From Eledone cirrhosa (taxonomy: Eukaryota): 64,000 nucleotides of DNA. The DNA is taken from the NCBI GenBank assembly GCA_964016885.1, contig OZ024741.1, positions 96,348,001-96,412,000 of the forward strand, in the 5' to 3' direction. A program made the position numbers and the translations under genes. The notes under the pieces are model-generated. The model had not been told where the DNA came from, did no database searches, and saw nothing but the letters and a program-made list of their open reading frames with translations. Below, in pieces: positions 12,661 to 26,766 of the stretch (its first letter is position 1; every line of letters begins with the position of its first letter).

Positions 12661-14261
12661 TACATAAATAAAATGAATAATAATAATAAGAAGAACAATA
12701 ATAATAATTCCTTAAATAAGCATCATGCCCCAGACATACAGAATAGTGTATATTACTCAGAGTTCAAAATGAATCAGAAGACAGCAATAGCAATATTGAT
12801 GACTATGTGAATGGGAAAGTTTGCATCGAGACAATAAGGTTATCGTGACAGTGACGCCATGTCTGTCATGCTGCATGTCTAGATGGCATTAGATTGCTTA
12901 ATTAAGATAAACAGACCAATTACTTGTCAACTCTGACATATTTTTAATTTGAAACCACTGGGATGTGAAATCAGCTCTGTCAGTGAAAACATTGATGTCA
13001 GAACGTTCATAAGATCTCAAACGAAGCGAATCCTGAAATAGTTGATAGTCAATGGTTATTTTTGCCAAATCCACTTTGAAACAAATATTTTCACAGGTTA
13101 TGTGACATCATTACACTTTATATTTGACCTTTGATTATATACTGTATTAACTTGTAACGGAGGCACAACGCCAGTTTTAGTAGTTGGTGTTGGAATAGTA
13201 GGAGCCTGAAATCAGTTACACTGCACCGCTATTAATTATTTTACTTAGAGACACGAGAAAACAAATTTGAATTCGTGATTTGAAAGTGATGTGTAAATCT
13301 AGACAGGAATCTAGATATCGTAAGATATCACAAGTCCACATGTTCCTTTTTCTGGTAAGCTAGAACGCTCGACATGCTTAAAGAAATGTATTACACGATG
13401 TAGTCCTAATAAATACCTTTGATCGTAAGTCTGCGCAATCGTCATTGATATACAACTAGAGAAAAACAGCAAAAAGAAGAACAATCTAACACGAGTAATT
13501 TTTATAAAGAACTGACCTCGTTACATCACCAAAATATTTGCATTGAAGCAGTGCAATCATTGATAGAACATTCCTGGAACTATTCTAGTTGTCACGGGGA
13601 GCGAGTATGAAAATTAATCTATCAGATCGGATTTGAGCTCACAATGCAATGTAAAGTAGCATTACAAAATACTATTACTGAACCGTTTCTGTCTATCAAG
13701 ATATCTCTGATTGGTTTGTATTTTGATTTTTTTTTTTCCAGTAAATACACGAAAACTATTTTCAGTAACAATGTGTCACTTACGAAAGGTGAAAATGTGT
13801 GAGTGTCTCTCTTTGAGTTGGATGGAGATGAATCGCAACCAGTTATTATGCTGTTGTGTTGGTGATAAAAAATGCAATGAGGTGGCTGTGCATGTGTAGA
13901 TTAGATGATGAAGTGTACTGGTGAGTGGTTCATCAACAGTTACATTTTCCCAAGTGTTGGAATATTATTCACAGCGAGACTGCGACTGACTAGAGCTGAA
14001 TATATCTAGCCATGAAGAAAGATGTTTTCGGGGAAGCATGTTTTGTTGTATTTCGAGACATGAGAAACCACCAAAGTAAATCACCAGTTATTGTGAGACC
14101 TAGAACTTGTAAGGACTTTGAAGATTTCAGTTGCATGTTGCCTCTGACTAGTCCTGATATTGTTGCTTTAATTTATGTTAAGATTTATACATATAGGTTG
14201 TCAATAAATTTATTAAGGGAATATTAATATTTCGTCGAAAATAAGTGTAAAATTACACACA

Positions 14262-14508
14262 CATGTACACCAGGTCCGAACACCGAGATACCAAATTACC
14301 ACAGTCATCGCCCCCGTCTCTCACACCAACCCCATCTCTCACTATTATGAGTATATGAGGTCCCACACGCTGATCGCTCCGAATAGAGATGGCGTTTCCC
14401 CGGAGGATGGTGAGGGAGATGCGCTAGAAGAACCATTCCAGTTGGCGAGGCTCACACCTGCTGCTAGCCAGCTCTGCGCCGATAGTGGTGAGTAGAGAGG
14501 TGGCCCTA
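14262..14508 (-). mobile_element. 3' end of CRE-type (restriction-like endonuclease) non-LTR retrotransposon
   Basis: Translates RATSLLTTIGAELASSRCEPRQLEWFF*RISLTILRGNAISI. Homologous to 38515-38890, including the 3' UTR. Confidence 0.65.
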
Positions 14509-15601
14509 TTTAGTTAATTGTTGTTTTTACATTGCAGTATTCAAATATCTGAAAGATGACGTAGTGGGGTTCAGAGAAAATATAAGTAAGTGTAGCCATA
14601 CCTGCATTGTGATTTGTAACAATAAATCGCTTAACAATACATGTGTTAATTATTCTTGTGTTCAATATCAAAGTCTCAATTCTATATTTACTCCGAATTT
14701 CCGCTGCTACATCTTTATCTTTTCGATGACCTTATGAATCTACCTGGTAGATCAACGTGTTAAAAATCTACATGACAATAAACCATCATCTAATCTGGAG
14801 AGAATCTGTTATCTCATGAATCGAACGCATTTGATCATAAATAATCTCCAGCAGAACTGACTGGGAGCTAAATAACAGCAACTGTCAAATCGCATAGAAA
14901 GAGGTGATGGAAAATGTCCAAAGACATTTATGATTGAATTTGCTTGTCAGAATTTTGTATATTAATACCAAAATCCAGACAACGCATAGTTTCTGAACAG
15001 TAATTTTAAAGCTTCGGTTATCATTCTATAACTTTTGATAATATTGAATATGTAGTCGACTTTTCTTCAAAGTTAGAGGCGTTTTAAGATGTATGTTCTG
15101 AAAGATACAAGCAGTTGGAGCGTAGGTCATGATTCTCCGGATATTGTTCCTCAGTACTACGGAAAGGACACTTGACCGACGTGGCAAACTTCTGAATAAA
15201 TCAAACGGATGTTTTACTGAATGAATATTGCCAACAGGAACAATCTAGACTCGAGCAGTAGGATGGTTGTTGTCAATCATTTCTCACAATACTCGTTATC
15301 CAATAAAATTGCAATGCCTTTTCAGGTTTTGGCAAGGTCTAACATATACAGTGAAAGTGTTCCATCGAAGATAAAGCAATCGATTATACAGTGGTTATAA
15401 AGCAAATAAACGTGTATATATAATCCTCTCTAAATTTCTATTGGAAATAAATTAGTATCTAAATTCTGTTGCATCACAACATAGAAAAAAACGAGCACAC
15501 GCACACACACGAACACACAGACACACACGAACACACGCACATACAGACACACACACTACTACTACTACTACTACATATATGCACAAAGAAACACACACAC
15601 A

Positions 15602-15647
<46 letters not shown>

Positions 15648-15654
<7 letters not shown>

Positions 15655-15915
15655 GTTTGTAGTTGTAAGGCCAAAACAATGCAGGTATGGATATAGAATA
15701 TAAATGCAAATGCAAAAGATATTGTTGAAAATTAGTCTTTTACCTTAAATTTATTTAAATATCCTTAATTTTCGAGATAATATCTCTTCTTAGGAGGGAA
15801 GTAAAGTGGTTAAACCAGAGTTCAAAATAGCTTGCCAGCTGCATTGTTTAGGCCTTACAACTACAAACGTTTATACCTCATTACACAATGCTTCAAGTGA
15901 ACTATAACTTCCTCC
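15648..15915. mobile_element. Short inverted-repeat mini-insertion in (TA)n with 3' tail
   Basis: TAAACGTTTGTAGTTGTAAGGCCAAAACAATGCAG (~15650-15684) is inverted at ~15839-15875, followed by a ~40-nt extension and (TA)n. Confidence 0.6.
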
Positions 15916-16083
15916 TATATATATATATATATATATTGTTATACTTTGGGAGGGTCATGTTGCTTAATAAGAAACACACGCACCAGAGGCTTTCACTCCA
16001 ATTTATTATAAATTAAATTATAAATTTAAAATGTATAAATTTCCAGTTGGTTGGTTCCACAACCGGACGGTTGTTCATATATT

Positions 16084-16127
16084 GTCAAAGTTCTTTCGTC
16101 ACACATTATGTGACCTCTTCAGTGACT
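16084..16127 (-). ncRNA. Minimal type I hammerhead motif (PLE type) within pLTR-like repeat 15937-16130
   Basis: GTCA-CTGAAGA-g-GTCACA taatg TGTGAC-GAAA-GAAC-TT-TGAC: 4-bp stem I, 6-7-bp stem II, stem III reduced to ~1 bp plus tetraloop. Degenerate homologue at 46023-46065. Confidence 0.55.
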
Positions 16128-16150
16128 GGGGATTCTTTTTTTTGTTTTGT

Positions 16151-16308
16151 GCCGTTTCGACGGCTATTTCAGTCCAGAAATAGCCGTCGAAACGGCTTGA
16201 GCTCTGCCGTCGGGGTCATACATTTTCCTATTACCCACTCTACTACCCTAAGTATTGAGTACTCTGGTGTGTTATGGTCCATCTGGTTCCTTACCACTAC
16301 TCGTTCGT

Positions 16309-16310
<2 letters not shown>
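16151..16310 (+). mobile_element. Fold-back fragment of the variant-HHR pLTR family
   Basis: GCCGTTTCGACGGCTATTTC-agtcca-GAAATAGCCGTCGAAACGGC, then the family tail ending CGTTA(TA)n. Confidence 0.75.
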
Positions 16311-16358
<48 letters not shown>

Positions 16359-16597
16359 TACTGGAATAGAATGAAACGAAATTTCATTTCACACTCTTAG
16401 TACGGCACTTAAATGTAAGTATGTATGTATGAATACGTACATACATATATGTATACAGACATACAGTTTTATGCATATATATACACACATGCACACATAT
16501 ATATATGCATATATATATGTGTGCATGTGTGTATATATATATATACATACTACTGTACGTCTGTATACATATATGTTTGTACGTATACATACATACT

Positions 16598-16656
<59 letters not shown>

Positions 16657-16665
16657 GTATATATG

Positions 16666-16712
<47 letters not shown>

Positions 16713-16743
16713 TTAACCCCTCTCTCTCCCTCTCTCGCTCTCT

Positions 16744-16859
<116 letters not shown>

Positions 16860-17247
16860 GTGTGTGTGTTTGAATGTGTGTGAATGTGTGTGTGTTTGTG
16901 TGTATGTGTGTTGAGTTTATTTTTAGAGACTGTCCTTATTCTCACTGTTGGCTATTGCAGATGACTGATTTGAAATATGATGGAGGAATATATTTAATAC
17001 TTTAGTTCAATTTACAATTGATTTAAATAGTTATATTTAAAGCAACATTTTCAAGATTCCGAGTCGTTTTTGTTTAAACATCTGTAAACCTCTGAATGAG
17101 AAAATCTTATAACTGAACATTTCATACAACTATTAGCTGATAAAAGATTTCGAAACTCATATCTCTCCATTTTCCAATCGATCATAAGTCTTGCAAAATA
17201 TTGCTATTTTACCTTCAAAGTTCTTCCATAACTACATGAAAGCGTCT

Positions 17248-17249
<2 letters not shown>

Positions 17250-17308
<59 letters not shown>

Positions 17309-17760
17309 TCTCTCTCTCTCTCTTACTCTCTCTCTCTTTCTCTTTATCGCTCTCTCTCTTTCTAACTGTTTCTCACACTTTATCTCCCCCTCTCTCTCCC
17401 TTTGTATGTATCTGTATATCTATCTATATATCTCGTACTCTCTCTATCACTCTCTCTTTCTCTCCCTTCTCTCTGTCTTTGTATATATCTATATATCTAT
17501 ATATCTATATATATATATCGTACTCCCTCTATCACTCTCTCTTTCTCTCCCTCCACTTTGTCTGTGTATATATCTATATATCTATCTATATATCTCGGAC
17601 TCTCTCTATCACTTCCTCTTTTTCTCTCTCCTCTCTCTTCCACTCTCTCTCTTTCTCACTCTCGCACTCTCTCTTTGTATATATCCATATATATATCTAT
17701 ATTTCTAGCACTCTCTCTATCACTCCCTCTTTCTCCCCCCTCTCTCTCTCTAGTTTCTCC
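17250..17760. repeat. (CT)n-derived compound repeat with ~4 degenerate higher-order units
   Basis: TCGTACTCTCTCTATCACTCTCTCTTTCTCTCCC-like unit near 17430, 17515, 17592 and 17703. Confidence 0.6.
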
Positions 17761-18967
17761 GTTCAGTGAAATAGAACTTCAGGGCTTCAAGTCGCTATCT
17801 TAAACTCATCGATCGTATTTTCTGGATCAAAGAATATGGCAATCTTTGTCGTATATATTATTGCTAGGGTAGTAGTTAAGGTTGATGCTACAGTGCTTCA
17901 AGAAACTTTCCAAATGTTTTAGGGCCGATAACTAGTATAAACGTCGTTGCAACCGAATGATATATAGATTTATATACCCTATATTTACCCAAAACGTGAT
18001 TTCAAGAATTATCGGAGCTGGAGGAGGAACATCACGTTGTTATATTGTGCACATATCTGTTTCTCAAAATGACAATTCAAACATATCACATTTAAAAAAG
18101 ATAAATCCATTCTTATAAAATGTTAACCTTTTCTAAAATTACCGAAACGATATGTCATCATGTCTAAAAACGATGGCCGCTTGATTTGTTGATTTTAATA
18201 AGGTATTTGGCTGTATTGTAGTATTTGATATTTATAGGAATGCTTGGGTAGAAATGCTTGAACAATTTCATTAGATATATCCTGGTATCAATTCTAATCA
18301 TTCATTGCCATTTTATGTTTCCACATTTATAATGCAGGGGGAAAATTACATCACTGTCATAACTGAATTTATCTAATGAAACAACCCTCACACGAGTGAT
18401 AATACAATGCTGCTTATTTATTATGATAGAGGTTTAAGTGATACTGACGACATTTACTAATTCCACCATTCAACAGAAGCCATGTCAATATTACACATAG
18501 CTGTTACAGTGTGACCCGATATAAATGCACGTAAGACACATATCGTGAATTTTATTGTCACGTTTTCTTTACCTATTCTGCGGCCTCTAAGGAATAACGC
18601 ATCTTTAATAAGTTATGGCACAGCGCGCCAAAATTATCAAGAGAATGGTAAAGGCTGCAGCAGTAACCTTTATTATTCATTTGATAATTATTGCTTCCGC
18701 TGAAAACTACGTCATTATGGAATACTTCATAGATTCCGCTATATTCCAGTAAGTACAAGTGTTTTATCTATCATTGCTGTGAAGCTCGGTCAATGAAAGG
18801 TATGTATTAATTATGAATAAACCTTTCAATATATATATGAATATAAAATCGATATCTATTCTTCGTCTAGTATATGATGTATGTATGTATGTATGTATGT
18901 ATGTATGTATGTATGTATGTTTGTATGTATGTATGTATGTATGTATGTATGTATGTATGTATGTATG

Positions 18968-19570
18968 TCACCAGTTGGTGCTACTGGTAACATGTATCCC
19001 AGTACAACCTGTCCCATGGTCGGGTCGTTAGCGACTAAACTGGCAACCCCACCAAAGTTTCTTGATGAGGAGCGTGACTTTGCACATCCTGCAGGACTAA
19101 AACAAAACCTGTCAAAGGGCAAAGGAGCTCTTAAGAGTCAATGGCCATCCAAAATCACCGGGAGAGATGACCCCTTAGCCTTTGTCAAGGCAAAATTCTA
19201 GGAGAAGGAAAACTCTGATATAACACCTGCAACCCTGATGGTATCCAATGATGTTGACTTGTTCTTCTTTTTGGTAAATATCATCGTTAAGAGAGTAGGA
19301 CTGACTTTGTGCAGTGCCTTTGCCTCACTATAAAAGCTTCACGGTACATGCATTGCTTTATATCTGGAGATCTCTCTGCACTTGTCGTCACATGGTACCA
19401 TTGGCCCAGCACTATGTGTCAATAATTGTCACAAGTGTAGTGTTTGTACCAGAGTTTTCAAGTCGCTGGCATGACTAAAAGGTCACACTCGTTCAGCGCA
19501 TCGGTAGAGGTTCTCCTACATGGATATAAAGTAGTGGCCGTACTCGAAAACGAGTTGGCAGCCACCAACA
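18968..19570 (+). mobile_element. ~600-bp non-autonomous RTE-like retroelement embedded in (TATG)n
   Basis: Near-identical to 36161-36757. Contains CTAGGAGAAGGAAAACTCTGA, a motif typical of RTE-clade 5' UTRs. (TATG)n on both sides. Confidence 0.6.
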
Positions 19571-19642
19571 TGTGTGTATGTATGTATGTATGTATGTATG
19601 TATGTATGTATGTATGTATGTATGTATGTATGTATGTATGTA

Positions 19643-20030
19643 TGACAAAGGGCGGAAGAACTCATAAGAGTCAACGGCCATCCGAAAGTGTGTAAATATG
19701 TATATACACATGTACCGCGCGGTTAAACCACTGTGAGTGAAGGACCCCTAGCCTTTGTCAGGGCATTCTTCTAGGAGAAGGCAACTCAGGAAACTGGGAT
19801 AACGCCGATATAAAACCTGCGGCTCAGTAGTTACCGATGATGTTGATCTTTTCTTCTTTTCGGGTTATAGCTACTGTCGCCCAGAGAGTGGGATTCGCTC
19901 AGTGCACAGTCTTTCCTCACTTTAAAAAAGAATCTGCACACATTCGCATTGGACGATAACATTAATTGATAATTATTAATAATGTTATATCGGGCAATGG
20001 CCATACTCGATAACGAGTGGGCAGCCATCA
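19643..20030 (+). mobile_element. Related subfamily copy of the RTE-like element
   Basis: GACAAAGGGCGGAAGAACTC...CTAGGAGAAGGCAACTC...GCCATACTCGATAACGAGTGGGCAGCCATCA, then a TATG-like tail. Confidence 0.55.
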
Positions 20031-21804
20031 TATATGTATGTAGTATGTATGTATGCGCGTATGTATGAATATGCATGTGTGTATGTATATGCGTTGAGGT
20101 AAATGGTAACACTACGAATCGAACAATCAAAGGTTGTCACAAGTTTTCGTTCACTCGTTCTCACTCTCGGACACGAAGAATCTCATGGTCTCAGCCGACT
20201 GAATGGCAAAGATGTTAGCCCGGATGATAGCGAAAGAGACATTCCGTTTCGCGGGTGGTAAACTCCGTTCCGATAATACTGATTAGATATGGAATTATTT
20301 ATTGCATGTAAGGAATCCACTTTCGACAACTAGTTTCGGCAGTTCCTGAAAATAACCACCGACTTACCACCTTCATCTACATCACCTTCATAATCATTAT
20401 TTGACATCCCATTTCCATTCTAGCATGAGTTATATTGATGTATATATATGTATATTGTTGTTGTTTATATAGTATAATTTGTAAATGGCCATAGCTAAAT
20501 TTATTACTTAAACAACAAATGCGATGTTGGACACGAATCTGTTCTGGTAACAAACTCAACTCGAAATGATAGCCATCGTACTGAAATTAGTGTTAATGAT
20601 AAGCTAAGTCTTGCACGGTATAGAAATGAACAAAGTAAACTGTTTTGCAATAGTGAGAGGAGGAATGGCAGTACTCATTACCATTTCCCTGGCCTCTCTG
20701 TTTGGTCAGAAGAAAGAAGCCAGTTAGTCGCACGTATGAAACCTATTTCGAATGCAAGCAACAGAGCTGACTCTGTGAAAGGCGCTACCTCCAAAGAAGA
20801 GGATCGGTCCATTAGTCGAACTTCTACACATTGCCCCTTTATCAAATTTGGCCTAGTTGAAGCTATGCTAAAAACATTTGTCCAGGTTCTAAGTAAGTGC
20901 TAACCTAAAACTATGCAGTTGCGAAGCAGCCGGAAATTAGAATGACTAACAGACTAACGATCTTGTTTCTCTTTCTTCTTTATGTGTTTTACATCTAACC
21001 CGTCCCCGATAACAATTCCAGCAGTATAGATTAGGTTATGGATGTCAACAATGTTTGTAGTCGTAACATTCCCTCATAAAATGTCAAAGCTTTTTATTTC
21101 AGCTGGGAGCTTTCCTCTATGTATCTAAAATCTAATGGATTTATGCTTTTGTTATTATTTAGAATTTCTTTCAATCACATCAATATCGTTTGCTTTTCAT
21201 CTTCTAAGTATTCAGATATAACAGATTTCGCTGTGGCTATAACATTTAGATGTGTTCATATCAAACATGTAATGCCGTTTATTCTATATTTGTCGCTTAT
21301 ATTGTTCAAATGTTCCACGTGCCCGTATCAAGTGGGTTTCGTTTTATACAGTTCAAGCTGTTTTCAAATAAGGTTTCAGCCCATATATGTATTACTCCAT
21401 TGTTTAACTAACTCTCATCGCTTCGTCATTCAATCTTCTCTCGGTGTTTATATTTTAACCGGTGTTATTAAAATCCTTCTACGAATCATGTGGGCTTCTT
21501 TCATTAACTTATATTCTGCTATCAAATAACTTTCACGAAAATTATACAATTCTCATTATTCCATTTCCAAACAAATGTTGAAGGAGGTCCGAATACTGCT
21601 TCCTCAAGCACAGCACACTTGCCAGTTATGACAGCTTCACCTGAGTTTCCACTTCTATTTAAGTCGTTAGTATTATCTCGTTAATTGTTAAATTGTCTTT
21701 ATTTATAGGAATGGGTGGTGACATACGTGGTCAACCGCACCATCATGGTGTCGCTCACAACTAAAAGCGAAGAGATCGACAGAATACTCGAGAATTACCC
21801 ACAA

Positions 21805-22392
21805 TTAACCGATAGGGTATGATGTATTTATAGCCTAGATCTGGAGAGGCGAGTTTATGTGGGACGAAGGTTTTATCGTTGGGCACAATGTTCCATTAAG
21901 TATAATAAGTGAGAAGAGGTCGTAAACAGTCATTCAAATAACAGAAAGTTTTGACTATCAACTACATCAGATTGTCTAGTATTCCCAATCCATTGTGTCT
22001 TTAACCGATAGGGTATGATGTATTTATAGCCTAGATCTGGAGAGGCGAGTTTATGTGGGACGAAGGTTTTATCGTTGGGCACAATGTTCCATTAAGTATA
22101 ATAAGTGAGAAGAGGTCGTAAACAGTCATTCAAATAACAGAAAGTTTTGACTATCAACTACATCAGATTGTCTAGTATTCCCAATCCATTGTGTCTTTAA
22201 CCGATAGGGTATGATGTATTTATAGCCTAGATCTGGAGAGGCGAGTTTATGTGGGACGAAGGTTTTATCGTTGGGCACAATGTTCCATTAAGTATAATAA
22301 GTGAGAAGAGGTCGTAAACAGTCATTCAAATAACAGAAAGTTTTGACTATCAACTACATCAGATTGTCTAGTATTCCCAATCCATTGTGTCT
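21805..22392. repeat. Tandem triplication, 3 x 196 bp
   Basis: Units begin TTAACCGATAGGGTATG at 21805, 22001 and 22197 and look identical by eye. They are followed by TTATCCGA, a near match to the unit start. Confidence 0.95.
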
Positions 22393-22999
22393 TTATCCGA
22401 AGGAACATCTCAACAGATTGGAAAGTATGTTCTTTTGCTTATTGTGCAAAGGAATGTTTGCAGCTCCTTCTTTTCTTTGAGCTACAGAAATACTCTGGGT
22501 ATTTAACCACTGGAATATTGCCTGGGACTAATTATACGCTAACAGCTGAACCTTGTACTCTGTGAAACGTCATCGCTGGGATTCTATGAAGACTGAGTGA
22601 AAATTATCAGCTACGATGGCTTGGAAGCGATTCTAGGCATCGAACAAGAGAGTGTGTTAAGTCTGTTTTGTAGGACTTTCAGGTCGGGTATTATGGGCAA
22701 TGTCCAAATGTCCTTGATTTGGCATTGTTACCCGAATGTTTAGCTGTTTGGGATAAACACAGACGACATGGTCCTGCTGGAGTTACCATGGAGTGGATCT
22801 GTTATCACGTATATGACATTTATGGATATCGTAAAATGGATGTCCCACTCTCGATTAGCAAGGAAGAGAGGGTAGTCTTCCCTTGTCTACTGATTATGAC
22901 GTGGGAAGTTCTTTGATAAAGGCGGTTTAAAGCTGTCTTTCTAAGGTTAAGCACTCGTTAATTTCTTCAAATCACATTTCAAAAGAAAGACGGGGTTAA

Positions 23000-23055
<56 letters not shown>

Positions 23056-23059
23056 TAGT

Positions 23060-23665
23060 TGTAGGCCATTTACGTTTAGAAATCGCCGAGCTCAACGTTC
23101 CCTTTCATCCTGCCAAGGTCAATAAACCGAAATACCAGTGAAATACTGATATAGATTTAATCGACTAATATTTTTCGTTATGTCTGAATTAGAACTCATT
23201 ATTATTATTGCTGTTGGATTGGCAGTATCGGTAGAGAGTCGGACACAATGCTTTGAAGCATAGAGTTACGTCCCTTTATGATCTGAGTTCTAATCCCGCC
23301 GAGGTTAACTTTGCCTTTCATCCTTACGGGGTCGATAAAATAAAGTCCACTATTGTACTGCGTAATTGCTGGCCTTGTGCCTAAAAATAGAAACAATTAT
23401 TATTATTGCTCTTGTTGATGGCAATGTTGTTATTATTTTTTACTTATGGCGCGGTGAATTGGTTGAATCATTAGTGTAACAGAGAAAATGCATCACAACA
23501 TTTTTCCAGCTCTTTAATTTTGAGTTCAAATCCCAATAAGGTGAACTTCGCCTTTCATCATTACGGAGTTAATAAAATAAAGTATCAGTCAAGTACTGGC
23601 GTCGTTATAATCAACTTTCCCCTTCACATAAAATTGCTGTCCTTGTGCCTAAATAAGGAGTCATT
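23060..23665 (+). mobile_element. Three SINE copies of different ages
   Basis: CCTTTCATCC/ATAAA/TACCAG blocks at ~23100, ~23315 and ~23550. Confidence 0.7.
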
Positions 23666-24996
23666 ATTTCGTACTTGTTCATAGTATAAAATAAATACGT
23701 AAAGAACAAAATGGAGCAAATTCTCTATCATATTGTAATTTAAGGGAAGATATCTATCTAGACCAAATGACATAATAGTTCTGTGATTAGCTTTCCAGAT
23801 ATTGTTTTCGTTCCATTTCTTCTAATGCCATTTACTACTCGTTTTCTTTAATGTACTTTTACTTTTCATGTCTTTCTTTTATTATATTTAGTCTTTTTTA
23901 TTTAACCTAGAAGGAGATATCTTTTGTACAGTGATTTTAAAAGATTAATATCTAAGAGGTGTACTCTTTCAACAGTTCTCGACTGAAGACTTTAGAAACG
24001 CCCAATTCCATATGTGTATGTCAAATAGTGTTGATGGACTATTTTGCTATATTACATTCCATCATCCAAATAAAAAATAAAAATTATTTTATTATTATTA
24101 TTATTATTATTATTTTGTTGTTTTATTTTTGTTGTCATACTTTTTATGAGTTTTTGCTATTCAAAAACTCTTTAAAAAAACTATAAAATACGCCCTTCTA
24201 TAAGAAATATCACCGAGTTTAATAAGAATGTTATACAAAGGAAAGTGAAAGTATATCAAAACACATATATATCAAAAGTCATATAAGTTTTCTTCTTATC
24301 TCGTCTATCGTAATTAGGAAAACACTGACAGACAGAAGTAAATATGCACTTACGTATATATTCACGCCCCCCGTTCTTATAATCGGATGCACTTATATAG
24401 ACATTGACACAGGCATGTACACTCACACACACAGAAGCCTACACATATACGGGGACATCAAAACACATTAAAATACATATTTGAAAATGACTGTGAATGC
24501 TTGTCGACTGACGAAAGTACACTCACACGCCTCTACAATTCTCTATGGTGCACAGGAGACACACACATGCACACACACATATAGACATACATTTATGTGT
24601 ATATATATATATATACACATAAAAGTACATATTCTTAATTTTATTCATACATACATATGTCTGCGAATGTATATAGATAGATGTTATATAGATAAATATA
24701 TTTATATATATAAATACACTAATACTTTATAAAATGGTATCCTGTTAGTACTGTCACGAATATACTTAAGAGCACAGACGCATGCCGACATGCGTATACC
24801 TCTACGTGTGTAGAAACAACTAAGTATAAAAAAGCTATGTATCTTATGTAAACATACAAACATTCGCGTAGATTTACAAAAGGATAAATGTCACATATAT
24901 CTGCAGATGTATCTACGCTAATATTTATCTCTCTGTCTCCCCTCTCACTCTCTGTATGTGTATGAATATACATATGTATATATATTTATATATATA

Positions 24997-25124
<128 letters not shown>

Positions 25125-25249
25125 AATATTGTTCATGTAAAAGGAAAAATATACATTTTATATTATCATCACTAGGTTTACAGAAGTACATTATAAATAA
25201 TGCTTCATGGAAACCTAGTTGCACCTGGTGATGTAATTGTCAACGAAAT

Positions 25250-25945
25250 AATTGTTTTTACTTTAGGCACAAGTTCAGCAATTCGAAAGGGGGGGGGGGG
25301 GGTCGATTAAATCGACATCAGTGCATTACTGGTACTTTAGTTTATTGACCCCGTAACGATGAAAGGCAAAGCTAACCTCGTTGGGATTTGAGCTCAAAAT
25401 GTAAAGGGACAGAATGTAAAGAAATTATATGCTGCAAAGCATATTGGCCGACGCTCTAAGTATACTACTAGTCCAACACCTTTCTCAACAACATAATGAA
25501 TGTTTCTATTTGTGGCACAAGGCAAGCAATTATCCCAGTGTGTTACTGCTACTTTATTTTATCCACCTCGTAAGGATGAAAGGCAAAGTTAACCTCGGCT
25601 GGATTTGGACTCAGACCGTGTGTAGCTCTATGATGCAAAGCACGGCGTCTAACTCTCTACCGATACTGCCAATCCACCACCCTCAATCTCAACAACATAA
25701 TAATGATTTCTAGTATAGGCTCAAGGCCAGTTATTTTTGGGGAGGGGAAAGTCGATTAAATCAACCCCAGTACTTTACTGGTGCTTCATTTTATCGATCC
25801 CGTAAGCTTGAAAGGGAAAGTTAACCTCGGCGGGATTTGAACTCAGACCGTAAAGGGGCGTAGATCTATGCTGAAAAACATGGCGTCCGACTCTCTACCG
25901 ATACTGCCAATCCACCACCTTCAATCTCAACAACATAATAATGAC
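25250..25945 (-). mobile_element. Head-to-tail trio of SINEs separated by a repeated TCTCAACAACATAAT flank
   Basis: Copies at ~25250-25470, 25500-25686 and 25707-25925. The flank motif is at 25482, 25687 and 25926. Confidence 0.8.
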
Positions 25946-26731
25946 TTCAACCATGTTCACCTATTGTTAGGTATTTTGCTTTATCTTGTTTGTAATTCTG
26001 CCATTCTATACCTATGCACATGATTTCGACATGATTTCGAGGACAATTCGACACAGTTTTTCTACTAATGATTCTTATTTTTTTAAAGGTCAAACATTAT
26101 CTTTAACCTTGATCCTACATGTTTAATATTGAATAATTGTATGCATGTCTTCCAGGATGCACCTAAGTATATTTCCAGGAAAGATAACTTTTATTTTTCA
26201 ACTGGTAAATTGTAATAATAGTAACAATGATTCTTATTTTAGGCTCAAGAAAGTTTAAATATACCCAATATTGAGGAAAGTTGAAAAACTGAAGAAAGCA
26301 ACGTATAGAATGCAGGAGTGGATAGCGTTTTCAGAGAGTAAAAGAGTAACCTCTACACAACAAACGCAGTAGAAAATAGATAATAATTGTTTCTACTTTT
26401 TTTAATAACAATAAGATATACTCGCTGATGACACAAGGAGACAGCATTCGGTGATACATCGCGCCTAAGCCTAGATTACCATAATACATCAAAGATAACG
26501 ACTGCTTCCAGCTTTTGACGCCAGACTACAGCTGCATGGAATGGATCAATTTATATCCACCAATTATGCCCTTTTCACATCTCATATGATTAACTGAAGT
26601 AGAGTAGTTCTCTGTATGCTACCTCTACAAATAGTACTGAATGTAGTCGCACTGTACTTGAATGTTTCTCAGTCATATCCCCCTCTCTCTCTGTCTGTCC
26701 CTCTCTCTCTGTCTCTCTCTCTCCCTCTCTC

Positions 26732-26766
<35 letters not shown>

